This document shows positions 1 through 8,665 of a stretch of 64,000 bases of DNA, piece by piece; positions within the stretch are counted from its first letter, which is position 1; each line of letters opens with the position of its first letter. The notes beneath the pieces were generated by a model, which worked only from the letters and a program-made list of their open reading frames with translations, was not told the origin of the DNA and ran no database searches. Origin of the DNA: a virus. Its lineage: Duplodnaviria; Caudoviricetes. The stretch covers positions 1 through 64,000 of the IMG/VR virus record IMGVR_UViG_3300023194_000002; one strand, given 5' to 3'. Both the position numbers and the translations under genes were made by a program.

Positions 1-225
1 CGCGAGGATAAGATCCACTATGCGAGCCCGTTCAGCACGCAGGTCGAAGCGGGCAACGTCGACATCGTGCGCGGCGCGTGGAACGACGACTTCCTGCGCG
101 AGCTCGAAGCGTTCCCGGATAGCAGGCACAAGGACTGCACGGATGCCGCGTCACGCGCGTTTATGGGCATCGATCGGAAGGGCGCGATGGCTTACATCAA
201 CGCGTTGAAGGCTGTGAGCCTATGA
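1..225 (+). CDS. terL: Terminase large subunit, C-terminal fragment (5' truncated by window)
   Basis: Frame +1 read by hand: REDKIHYASPFSTQVEAGNVDIVRGAWNDDFLRELEAFPDSRHKDCTDAASRAF...L*, a typical TerL nuclease-domain end; upstream of portal. Confidence 0.85.
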   Translation, partial: REDKIHYASPFSTQVEAGNVDIVRGAWNDDFLRELEAFPDSRHKDCTDAASRAFMGIDRKGAMAYINALKAVSL

Positions 226-792
226 ATAACAGATCATGAGCTGAACCGACCGCTCGATATCACGCTGCAGCGACGTGACCGCAAACCGCGCTCCGCTGAC
301 GACGTCATCGTTGACCGCGCTTGCTCCGCTGCGTCTGGCTCGCAGCCATCTTGCGAGCTGAACGCGAGCATTAGGCAGATAGTCGCACGACCAACGCAGC
401 TCCCAGAGTGGGGGACATTCGTCGGCATCGGCGTGCGCTCTCGCGGCGTCGTAAAGCTCCGGGTTGGCCAAGCAGCGACTCTTTGCGAGCTCAATCGTTT
501 GGTGGGTGCGTCGTGGTGACCAGATTTTCATATAGGCCGATTGATATTTTTGAGCGATGAGGTTAACCGTTCGGCACATTCGATCAGCGTTTCGCGTTGT
601 TTTGGTGTGCGATGCGAGGTTGAACGCGGTCTGGGCTGCGGCGTCGAGTGATTCTTCCGGATACGATCCGAGGACAACGCCATCCGCAGTGGTGACGTAC
701 TGCTTGCGCGGCAGGCTCGTGCCGATGGTAATTTTGCTCGGGCGACACTGTTCGTTTTCGTCCATTCTCCGGCTTTTAGCACGTCTTGACAC
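220..792 (-). CDS. Hypothetical protein, antisense insertion between terL and portal
   Basis: 190-aa ORF fills the 600-bp gap; no motif recognised. Confidence 0.35.
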   Translation of the reverse strand: MSRRAKSRRMDENEQCRPSKITIGTSLPRKQYVTTADGVVLGSYPEESLDAAAQTAFNLASHTKTTRNADRMCRTVNLIAQKYQSAYMKIWSPRRTHQTIELAKSRCLANPELYDAARAHADADECPPLWELRWSCDYLPNARVQLARWLRARRSGASAVNDDVVSGARFAVTSLQRDIERSVQLMICYS

Positions 793-819
793 TGCACAGG
801 TCTGCGGATATGCGCGCGA

Positions 820-2295
820 GTGACAGCCGCTGCAGCCACCCTCGCGCCCGCAATTGATCTCTCAGATATCCAGACGCGTCTAGATAGCTGGAGAAACGCA
901 CTCACGGGGCTGGGGACGTCGCGAGATAAGGTCCAGTACACGCTGCCGATCGCCTCGGTTCCTATCGAGGACCAGCGGCTCGAAGCGCTGTTCAACGAAG
1001 ACGACATCGCGAATAAGATCGTCTCGAAGATCCCTAAGGAGGCGCTGCGCGGAGGTTGGTGGCTCGACTTTGAAAAGCTCGAGGGTCAGCAGTCCGGCAA
1101 GAACGAGAAGCTTGGCATGGACCTCGTGCGCGACCTCGACAAGCGTCTATGCGCCGCGAAGAAGCTGCAGGAGGCGTGGATCTGGGGGCGGCTCTATGGG
1201 GCTGGGGCGGTGCTTCTCGGAGTCGATGATGGCCGAGACACATCGGAACCGCTCGACGTCAACGCTGTTAGGTCCTTGCGATATCTGACTGTGCTGCGTC
1301 GGAGTCAGCTTCACCCGGAAGTCTGGTACGGCGACCCGCTCGCGCCCAAATACGCAGAGCCCGAGATATTCCGCATCGTCCCGATCGCGGCGCCGCGGAG
1401 CTCGATCGTCGCGACCAACGTGTTTGTGCATGAGTCACGGCTTCTCATGTTTTACGGGCCGTTGACCGCTCGGCTGCGCACCGAACAGTGGTGGAACGAT
1501 AGCGTCCTGCAGCGTGTGTTCTCAGCGCTTCAGCAGTCGGCTAGCAGCTGGATGTCTGCCGGTCACATGATGACTGACAGCAGCCAGGGTGTGCTGAAGA
1601 TCAAGGGGCTGATGGAGATCATCTCTACCCATGGCGAAGACGCTCTCCGCAAGCGCATCGCCATGATGGAGATGTCGAAGAGCGTTAGCCGCTCAATTCT
1701 CCTCGACACCGAGGAGGATTATCAGCGCATAGCAGCGAGCTTCACGTCCACTGCTGAGATGTTGGATCGCTTCATGCTGCGCGTTGCGGCGGCTGCAGAC
1801 ATGCCCGTGACCGTGCTATTCGGGCGCAGTCCCGCCGGCATGAACGCTACTGGCGAGTCGGATATTACGGCTTGGTACGACGCGATCGCAGCCGAGCGGA
1901 GTGAGTGTCTGACGCCTCATCTAGAGACGCTGGTCCGCGTGGCGATGGCTGCTCGCGACGGGCTTACCCGTGGCCGAGTGTTAGATGGTTGGCAGATAGC
2001 ATTCCCGCCGCTCTGGCAGCCATCTGCCAAGGAGCAGGCCGAAACCGATAAGCTCCGCGCGGACACCGTCGCATCGCTCGTCAACGCGCAGGTGATTCTG
2101 CCCGAGGAGGGCGCGATCAAGTTGGCCAACGACGGCGACTGGCCGGAGATCGACACGGAATCACGTAGAGCAGCGCTTGAGGTTGAGTATGCACGCCTCC
2201 GCGATCCAGAGCCGGAGCCTGCTGTCGATCCCGCTGCGCCTCCCGCGCCGGCTCCTGACGATATACAGAGCGATCAGAGCGACGACGGTGAGTGA
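820..2295 (+). CDS. Portal protein (DUF1073/HI1409-like)
   Basis: NALTGLGTSRDK, WGRLYGAGAVL, AAAADMPVTVLFGRSPAGMNATGESD motifs; position after terL. Confidence 0.9.
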   Translation: MTAAAATLAPAIDLSDIQTRLDSWRNALTGLGTSRDKVQYTLPIASVPIEDQRLEALFNEDDIANKIVSKIPKEALRGGWWLDFEKLEGQQSGKNEKLGMDLVRDLDKRLCAAKKLQEAWIWGRLYGAGAVLLGVDDGRDTSEPLDVNAVRSLRYLTVLRRSQLHPEVWYGDPLAPKYAEPEIFRIVPIAAPRSSIVATNVFVHESRLLMFYGPLTARLRTEQWWNDSVLQRVFSALQQSASSWMSAGHMMTDSSQGVLKIKGLMEIISTHGEDALRKRIAMMEMSKSVSRSILLDTEEDYQRIAASFTSTAEMLDRFMLRVAAAADMPVTVLFGRSPAGMNATGESDITAWYDAIAAERSECLTPHLETLVRVAMAARDGLTRGRVLDGWQIAFPPLWQPSAKEQAETDKLRADTVASLVNAQVILPEEGAIKLANDGDWPEIDTESRRAALEVEYARLRDPEPEPAVDPAAPPAPAPDDIQSDQSDDGE

Positions 2296-2298
2296 GCG

Positions 2299-3885
2299 AT
2301 GGCGGATGGCGATCATGCGCTGCGCTACGACGCTCGCAGGCTGCGCATAGCGTCGCCAAGGTTCAATGACGCGCCTCACACAAGCTTTCCCTTCGCTGCG
2401 TCGCTGCTGCATCTGAAGGTGCTGCGCAGCGTGCTCGCGGCCGTGCGGCAGGCCGTACGCGAGCGCTTCGTGCCACCATATACGCATCGCGGCGCGGCGT
2501 ATTTTGACGTGCAGGTTGCGCTGCAGAGGATGCCGCTGGAAGCGCGTTTCCGCGACATCGCGCAGCGCATTAGCGCGCACAACGAGCGCGAAGTCGAAGC
2601 GCAGATGCTGTGGGCGATCGCGGACTGGCAGCGCCGACGCCACAATCTGAAGCGCAGTCGCCAGCGGCGTGCGAAGCAACAGCGTGAGCGCAGACGACGC
2701 AGCGACAGCAGCGTCATTCGTCTGGATGCTGGTTCGAAGTTCGGCGCAGACGATGCGCAGATCGTCAACTTCGTGCGCGAGAACATGCAGCTCGTGCGCT
2801 CGCTCACAGGGCGTGCGCTGCAGCAATGCAGCTCGGTCGTCGAACGCGGTCTCGCTGAAGGCCTGCGTCACGAGGAGATCGCGGCGCAGTTGCAGGATCG
2901 CCTAGGAGTTGCTGAGGCGCGCGCAGCGCTGATCGCTCGGGACCAGGCGAACAAGCTCAACGGCAGGCTCACGCAGGCGCGTCAGCAGCGTCTGGGCGTG
3001 TCGCGTTACCGCTGGTCTACGTCGCAGGATGAGCGCGTACGTAAAAGCCACGCGCTGCTCAACGGCACTATTCAACGCTGGGATGACCCGCCGTTTGTAG
3101 ACGGTGCATATCAGAATCCAGGCTCGCCAATACAGTGCCGTTGCGGCGCCATAGCAATTGTCGACGACGTCTTCGCCGAGCTGGGCCTGATCGATCCGGA
3201 CGAGGTCGAACTCGAGCAGCCCGAAGACGTCCTCGCACGTATGCGCAATGCCGCAGGCCTCTTCGGGCCCGAGGAAGCGCCGACGATCGACATCACACGG
3301 GCAACGCCGCCTGCGGTACCTGCAGCATCTACCGTCAGGCCTTCACCGCGAGTGCCGAGCCCCCGCTATGTGCCCGAGCTCGTGCCGGCGTCAGCCACGA
3401 CACCGGAGAGTGTGGTCACTCCCCGCGTGCCCGAGTCGACGGCACAGCCAGAGATTACGACCACTGCTCCTACGCCTGACACGCCTACTCTGCCGCCGCA
3501 GGCACCTTCTGAGACGACAAAACTCCCTTCAGTGCCGGGTGTCAGAGCGGCCTATCAGCAGCGTGTGTCCAGCGCGCTGGCCGAGCTGATCAGCGGTATG
3601 AGCGAGGAGCAGATTGGTTTCCTGCGCAGCGGATATAGGGTCGACCCCGTAACGCTCGAAGCCAGTGTCGCCGAGGGGTTGCAGTCGGGCACGCTGAAGC
3701 CACTCGATATCGACGTCTATTTATTCGCCGACGAGACTAAATATGAATTGGTAGACGGCCGGCACAGATTGGCTGCGCTCCAAAATATTGGGGCGGAAAA
3801 TATGCCTGTACATATTCGATTTTGGGGCCGGCGCGGCGGACTCGTCGGTGAGGTGGTCACAGAGATCCCAGTGTTCGGCAAATAA
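2299..3885 (+). CDS. MuF/SPP1 gp7-like head morphogenesis protein with Pro/Thr linker and C-terminal ParB/Srx-like domain
   Basis: LIARDQANKLNG, YRWSTSQDERVRKSH, PGSPIQCRC; C-terminal YELVDGRHRLAALQNIG. Confidence 0.85.
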   Translation: MADGDHALRYDARRLRIASPRFNDAPHTSFPFAASLLHLKVLRSVLAAVRQAVRERFVPPYTHRGAAYFDVQVALQRMPLEARFRDIAQRISAHNEREVEAQMLWAIADWQRRRHNLKRSRQRRAKQQRERRRRSDSSVIRLDAGSKFGADDAQIVNFVRENMQLVRSLTGRALQQCSSVVERGLAEGLRHEEIAAQLQDRLGVAEARAALIARDQANKLNGRLTQARQQRLGVSRYRWSTSQDERVRKSHALLNGTIQRWDDPPFVDGAYQNPGSPIQCRCGAIAIVDDVFAELGLIDPDEVELEQPEDVLARMRNAAGLFGPEEAPTIDITRATPPAVPAASTVRPSPRVPSPRYVPELVPASATTPESVVTPRVPESTAQPEITTTAPTPDTPTLPPQAPSETTKLPSVPGVRAAYQQRVSSALAELISGMSEEQIGFLRSGYRVDPVTLEASVAEGLQSGTLKPLDIDVYLFADETKYELVDGRHRLAALQNIGAENMPVHIRFWGRRGGLVGEVVTEIPVFGK

Positions 3886-3923
3886 CCTCTTGCCATCCTT
3901 CGAGACTGCAGATATGCGCGGCG

Positions 3924-5114
3924 GTGACAGAGGTCCGCCGCTACGATTCCGCTCCGCTAGGCAGTGCCACGCGCACCACGCAGGGATTTTTGCGTGCGCC
4001 AGCCCGTCTGACGCGTACCGGCATCCTGACCTACCGCCGCGCCGACGGGAGCGTGCGCAAGGAGCTGCGTCGACCTGAGCAGGTATTTGCTGCCGAGTCG
4101 CTGTCTACGCTGGGGGACGCTCCAGTCACGGACCTGCACCCGAGCGAGATGGTCAGCGCCGAGAACGCGCGCCAGCTCGGCGTTGGGCACGTCTCACAGT
4201 CGACCGTACGTCAGGATGGTCAATTTGTTGAGGCGTCGATCGTCGTCACCGACGCCAAGATCATCAGTGCGATTGAGCAGGGCGATCGCAAAGAGGTCAG
4301 CTGCGGATATAGCTGCAGGCTGATCGAAAAGCCTGGTGTCTGGCAGGGCCAGCGTTATGACGCTGAGCAAACAGACATCACATATAACCATGTTGCGCTT
4401 GGCCCAAAGAATTGGGGTCGAGCTGGCAGCGACGTCGCGATCCGTCTCGATGATGGTGACGCGATCGTAGACGTCGATGACGCATCTAACACTTCGCCGC
4501 AGCCGGTGCCGCGGCCCGAGGAAAAAAGAATGGATATGATCGCGGTCCGCGTAGACGGCATCGAAGCACAGGTGCCAAAGGAATGGGCTCAGCTGATCGG
4601 GCAGGCGCTGGAAAAGCGCGATGGAAAGATCGCGGGCCTGAATGCTCAGGTGGAGCAACTCAATAAGGACGTCAGCACGCACAGCGCACGCGCCGATAGC
4701 CTGCAAAACAAGCTGGATTCGGCGACCGAAGATCTGAAGAAGGCGACCGACCCCAAGGAGTTCGAGAAGGCTCTGCGCGTGCGCTTCGCGCTCGTGGACC
4801 GCGTTCGCAAGATCGTGGGCAAGGAGGCGAAGCTCGACGGGAAGTCCCCCCGCGAGCTGATGGAGCTGGCGATCCAGCACCAGGATTCTAACGCCGATCT
4901 AAGCACGAAGGCTGACGCCTATGTCGAAGCGCGCTTCGATATGCTCGACCCGGAGAAGGGCGAGGCTGAGCGCGAAACACACCGTCGCGTGCGTGACATC
5001 TCGAACGACCGCGCACAGCAGCAAGCGCAGCGGTCGGATGAAGACGACGTGTACGAGCGAGCGCCGTGGTTGGTGCCGCTGGAAAACAGCAAACGTCGCG
5101 TAGCCGACCGCTGA
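3924..5114 (+). CDS. DUF2213 putative prohead protease/scaffold
   Basis: GFLRAPARLTRTGILTY, EVSCGYSC, YNHVALG..GRAGSDVAIRLD; coiled-coil C-terminus. Confidence 0.85.
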   Translation: MTEVRRYDSAPLGSATRTTQGFLRAPARLTRTGILTYRRADGSVRKELRRPEQVFAAESLSTLGDAPVTDLHPSEMVSAENARQLGVGHVSQSTVRQDGQFVEASIVVTDAKIISAIEQGDRKEVSCGYSCRLIEKPGVWQGQRYDAEQTDITYNHVALGPKNWGRAGSDVAIRLDDGDAIVDVDDASNTSPQPVPRPEEKRMDMIAVRVDGIEAQVPKEWAQLIGQALEKRDGKIAGLNAQVEQLNKDVSTHSARADSLQNKLDSATEDLKKATDPKEFEKALRVRFALVDRVRKIVGKEAKLDGKSPRELMELAIQHQDSNADLSTKADAYVEARFDMLDPEKGEAERETHRRVRDISNDRAQQQAQRSDEDDVYERAPWLVPLENSKRRVADR

Positions 5115-5127
5115 GGAGCTATACACA

Positions 5128-5652
5128 ATGCAACTCTCTTATGAAGATCCCCAAGCAACGGCGACCGGCTTTCATGGTCAGCACATTGAGGTGATTGGAA
5201 GCGTCGTAGTGACAGCGATCGCGCAGGCTGCTGCTCTGCATGTGGGCGTGCCTGTCGTGTTTGACGCAACCGCGGGTTATGCTGACAAGGCCGCACGTGC
5301 AATCGCCGCAACGGGCGATGTTACCACCGTGGCCGCGGTGCTCGGCGTGAGTCTGCTTGACCCGACCTATCCGCAGCTTGAAGCTGCGCTTGCTACGGAC
5401 CCGCTCTACCGACAGGGCACACTGTTTCCTGTGATTCGGCGCGGGCGGATCTTATTGGGCAGCGAGACCGCACTCGTCAAGGGAACCAATCCTTTCGTCC
5501 GGTTCGCATCCGGTACAGGCGGCACGAAGCTTGGTGCGCTTCGTGCGGACGCTGACACGGCGACCGCGGTCGCTGCAACGTGGCTCAAGATTATCGGTTC
5601 GGCAAACGTGGTCGGATACACGTACGGCGCCGTCGTCGAAGTGAATCTGTGA
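5128..5652 (+). CDS. Head decoration/cement protein
   Basis: 174 aa between scaffold and major capsid; FVRFASG..KLGALR..AD motif. Confidence 0.7.
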   Translation: MQLSYEDPQATATGFHGQHIEVIGSVVVTAIAQAAALHVGVPVVFDATAGYADKAARAIAATGDVTTVAAVLGVSLLDPTYPQLEAALATDPLYRQGTLFPVIRRGRILLGSETALVKGTNPFVRFASGTGGTKLGALRADADTATAVAATWLKIIGSANVVGYTYGAVVEVNL

Positions 5653-5685
5653 TCACTGCTTTAGCTTAGAGAAGGACTAACACGT

Positions 5686-6786
5686 ATGCCTTTTGATGGA
5701 GTAGTAAGGGTCCCACAGCTGCGGCGCGATGCTGTGGCTGACGTGTGCCAGAAAATCGGCTTCGAGGTCGATCGAGAGAAGCTCGAAGGTGTGATGAATG
5801 CCATGGCGCGCGCTCGTGCGCTCTGGATGGGCACGCACCGTCTCGATGCGAACGACACCGCGTTTTTCACGGAGCAGCTGCGTTTCATCAGCCAGCGCTC
5901 CCGCGAGATTCGCAAGCCGCTGCTGAAGTGGCGTCAGTATGTGCCGGTGACCAATGAGGCGCCTCCGGGTGCAGAGTCGTGGTCCTACTATCAGTGGGAC
6001 GGGAACGGCATGGCCGAGATGATTTCCAACTATTCGGACGATGTCCGATTGGTTGGTGTCAACGCTAAGCCTTTCAGCTTCCCGCTATTGCCGTACGCCT
6101 CGGGCTACGAATGGTCGCTGCAGGATGTGGAGCGTGCTGCACTCGCGGGGCAGCCCGGACAGAACGGCCTAACCAATGACTACTTGGCGAAGAAGGTTAC
6201 CGAAGTTGCACGCAGCTTCGAGAGGCGCTTCGAGCAAGTTGCTGCGATCGGTGAGAAGGGCACCAGCATCACAGGGTTGATCAACAATCCGTATGTGCCA
6301 GTGACGACCGCTGCAAACGTGGGCGGCACGACTGCATGGGGCAGCGGCACGAAGACGCCCAAGGACGTGCTCGACGACCTGTTCGCGGGCGAGAGCGCGA
6401 TCATTACCGCCACCAAAGAGGTGGAGCGGCCTGACACGCTGCTGATGCCCCTTTCGAAGCTGCTCTACATCAAGAACACGCCGCTCTACACGGGCGCCGG
6501 TAGCGACCCTGCTGACACGATCATGAGTGTCTACCTGGAGCGTTCTGAGTACGTCAGGAGCATCGGCAGCTGGGCGTTCCTCGGCACGGCAAACGCCGCT
6601 GGCAATGGTCCGCGCGCAATCTGGTACCAGCGCGATCCAAGCGCGGTGCACATGGAGGTTCCGCTTGAACCTACGGAGATTCCTCCGCAGGCAGTGAACT
6701 TCGCGATCAAGGTGCTCAGCCGCGCGAAGTCGGGCGGCGTCGTCTTCGAGCGTCCACTGAGCGCTCTCTACATGGACGGTATCTGA
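5686..6786 (+). CDS. Major capsid protein (DUF2184, HK97 fold)
   Basis: YEWSLQDVERAA, ITGLINNPYV, ERPDTLLMP, KSGGVVFERPLSALYMDGI. Confidence 0.9.
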   Translation: MPFDGVVRVPQLRRDAVADVCQKIGFEVDREKLEGVMNAMARARALWMGTHRLDANDTAFFTEQLRFISQRSREIRKPLLKWRQYVPVTNEAPPGAESWSYYQWDGNGMAEMISNYSDDVRLVGVNAKPFSFPLLPYASGYEWSLQDVERAALAGQPGQNGLTNDYLAKKVTEVARSFERRFEQVAAIGEKGTSITGLINNPYVPVTTAANVGGTTAWGSGTKTPKDVLDDLFAGESAIITATKEVERPDTLLMPLSKLLYIKNTPLYTGAGSDPADTIMSVYLERSEYVRSIGSWAFLGTANAAGNGPRAIWYQRDPSAVHMEVPLEPTEIPPQAVNFAIKVLSRAKSGGVVFERPLSALYMDGI

Positions 6787-6788
6787 TC

Positions 6789-7091
6789 ATGTCGCTGACA
6801 ATCACGAACAACGCCGAGCGCAATGCTCGCGTATTGACGCTCAACCTTGGTCTGGATGACCTGGTGCAGTTGGCGCCGGGCAACAGCGTTACCTTGGACG
6901 GTGAGCGCGCGAAGAGCGCACGCGTCATCCTGGCGGGGCCATTCAAATACTTTGTCGAAAAGTATGAGCTGTTGGTCCTCGACGAAACCCCGCCTGCAGC
7001 ACCGGCGGAGACTGAGGAAGTGGCCCCGCCGCCGCCTCCATCTCCGGCTGCAGCACCAGCGTCTGCGAAGAAGGCAAAAGCGACCGAGTAA
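6789..7091 (+). CDS. Hypothetical virion-associated protein
   Basis: Coupled ORF after capsid; Pro/Ala-rich tail. Confidence 0.6.
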   Translation: MSLTITNNAERNARVLTLNLGLDDLVQLAPGNSVTLDGERAKSARVILAGPFKYFVEKYELLVLDETPPAAPAETEEVAPPPPPSPAAAPASAKKAKATE

Positions 7092-7098
7092 TAGTTAG

Positions 7099-7638
7099 AT
7101 GGCCGTCACGCCCAAATTTACGATCGTCGACAAGGACCATGGTTACGCGGCCATGCAAAGCCTTGTCGCGCGTATTGGGCGTATGAGACAGGCCACGGTT
7201 ACTGTCGGCATCCAGGGCGCCAATGCTTCACGCACGAAGCGTGGGCGCCCAAGGTTCTCCTCGCGAAAGAGCAAAAGTGTTAGGCGACGTAAACGCAGCG
7301 GTGCGGCTCTCACAGTCGCAGAGGTTGGTGCGATCCATGAGTTTGGCTCAGGTCGCATCCCCAAACGCTCGTTCATCAAGGGCACCATCGACCAGCAGCG
7401 CGCGCAGATTCTCCGGCGCATGGAGATCGGTGGTGAAGGTGTTCTGACTGGCAAGCTGGACCAGCGCACCGCGATGGAGCTGATCGGCGAGTACACCGTC
7501 GGCCGCATCAAGCAGCGCATGGCGAACGGTATCTCGCCGGCGAACGCGCCCAGCACGATCGCGCGCAAGGGCTCCAGCACGCCGCTGGTCGACACTGGTC
7601 AACTGCGGAACTCCATCACCTACGAGGTGCATGAGTGA
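7099..7638 (+). CDS. Neck/tail-completion protein
   Basis: GAIHEFG..IPKRSFI, NAPSTIARKGSSTPLVDTGQLRNSITY. Confidence 0.8.
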   Translation: MAVTPKFTIVDKDHGYAAMQSLVARIGRMRQATVTVGIQGANASRTKRGRPRFSSRKSKSVRRRKRSGAALTVAEVGAIHEFGSGRIPKRSFIKGTIDQQRAQILRRMEIGGEGVLTGKLDQRTAMELIGEYTVGRIKQRMANGISPANAPSTIARKGSSTPLVDTGQLRNSITYEVHE

Positions 7639-7925
7639 CTGTCACAGCGGCGCAGCTCAAGGCCGAGTTTCCCGAGTTCGTTGGGGCAACTGACGCGCTC
7701 GTGGAGGCGAAACTTGCTGACGCTGAGCGCATGGTGCACTTGTCCCTCGGGCAGTGGCGTGACCAGGCGATCAAGCTGTTAGCATGTCACTACCTCTGCA
7801 TCTCGCCGCACGGCGAGTTTGCGCGCTTGGTCGAAGATGACCCGAAGCAGGGTCAATGGACGACATACGAGCGCGAATACAAGCGCATTCTTAGCCATAC
7901 CATTCCCGCGGTGATGGTGATCTGA
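7635..7925 (+). CDS. Head-tail adaptor (DUF4054-like)
   Basis: LKAEFPEF, LLACHYL, TTYEREY. Confidence 0.75.
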   Translation: MTVTAAQLKAEFPEFVGATDALVEAKLADAERMVHLSLGQWRDQAIKLLACHYLCISPHGEFARLVEDDPKQGQWTTYEREYKRILSHTIPAVMVI

Positions 7926-8665
7926 TGTCAGAGTTCGACTGGCAGGCCGCAGAGATTGGGCTGCGTGGGTGGCTAATGGCCATCGCTCCGGCTGATGCAG
8001 CGCACGTTGCGTGGGTGCAGGAGCCAGTAGGCTACCGCTCTGCCAGCGATGGTACGCGCGACCAGTGGGACCTCGCATTCTCCATGATCGCGAAGCTGGA
8101 GGGCCACCGCGACTCGGTCAGCTTTTCTCAGCATCCCACGTACCCCGATCGCGAGATCGCCACGGTCACAGGCCAACGCTCGCTGATGTGGATGGTCACG
8201 CTCACCACGCGCGATCAACATGCCGCGCATAAGGCTTACGCGCAGCTAGACAGGCTGCGCACTTTGCTTAGCTTACCTCGTTCTTTCGACCTGTTTCGCA
8301 GCTTAGGCCTAACGCTTGGCGATACGCATCGCATCGACCCGGAATATTCTGATGAAGCGCATCGCAAACTGAGCGTCGCGACGCTGGGCGTCGAGTTCTT
8401 CTTCGTGCAATCGATCCGCGATCCTGACATCGAGCTCGGTGCGACCGATTGGATCGAGCACGTGATGCTGCGCGGTAAGTTCTACGAAACGCGCGAAGCC
8501 TTTGCCGCAGACGCGCCAGACGTTGAAATCCCCGTGTCGCCGCAGCAGTTTGTGGTGAATGACGACGGCACGCTCGTCTCGGACGCCAACGGCAACGTGG
8601 TCACGGTCGATGATCCAGCGGGAGGCATGATCGTCAGCGATCCGGATGGAGGGAGCGGCTCATGA
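7925..8665 (+). CDS. Neck/tail terminator-like protein
   Basis: Position in neck module; overlapping start/stop codons. Confidence 0.55.
   Translation: MSEFDWQAAEIGLRGWLMAIAPADAAHVAWVQEPVGYRSASDGTRDQWDLAFSMIAKLEGHRDSVSFSQHPTYPDREIATVTGQRSLMWMVTLTTRDQHAAHKAYAQLDRLRTLLSLPRSFDLFRSLGLTLGDTHRIDPEYSDEAHRKLSVATLGVEFFFVQSIRDPDIELGATDWIEHVMLRGKFYETREAFAADAPDVEIPVSPQQFVVNDDGTLVSDANGNVVTVDDPAGGMIVSDPDGGSGS

Noticed and set aside
820-2295. Calling the DUF1073 protein an anti-CBASS Acb1
   Set aside because: Length, motifs and position fit a plain portal; no separate 2H-phosphoesterase (HxT/S) domain seen
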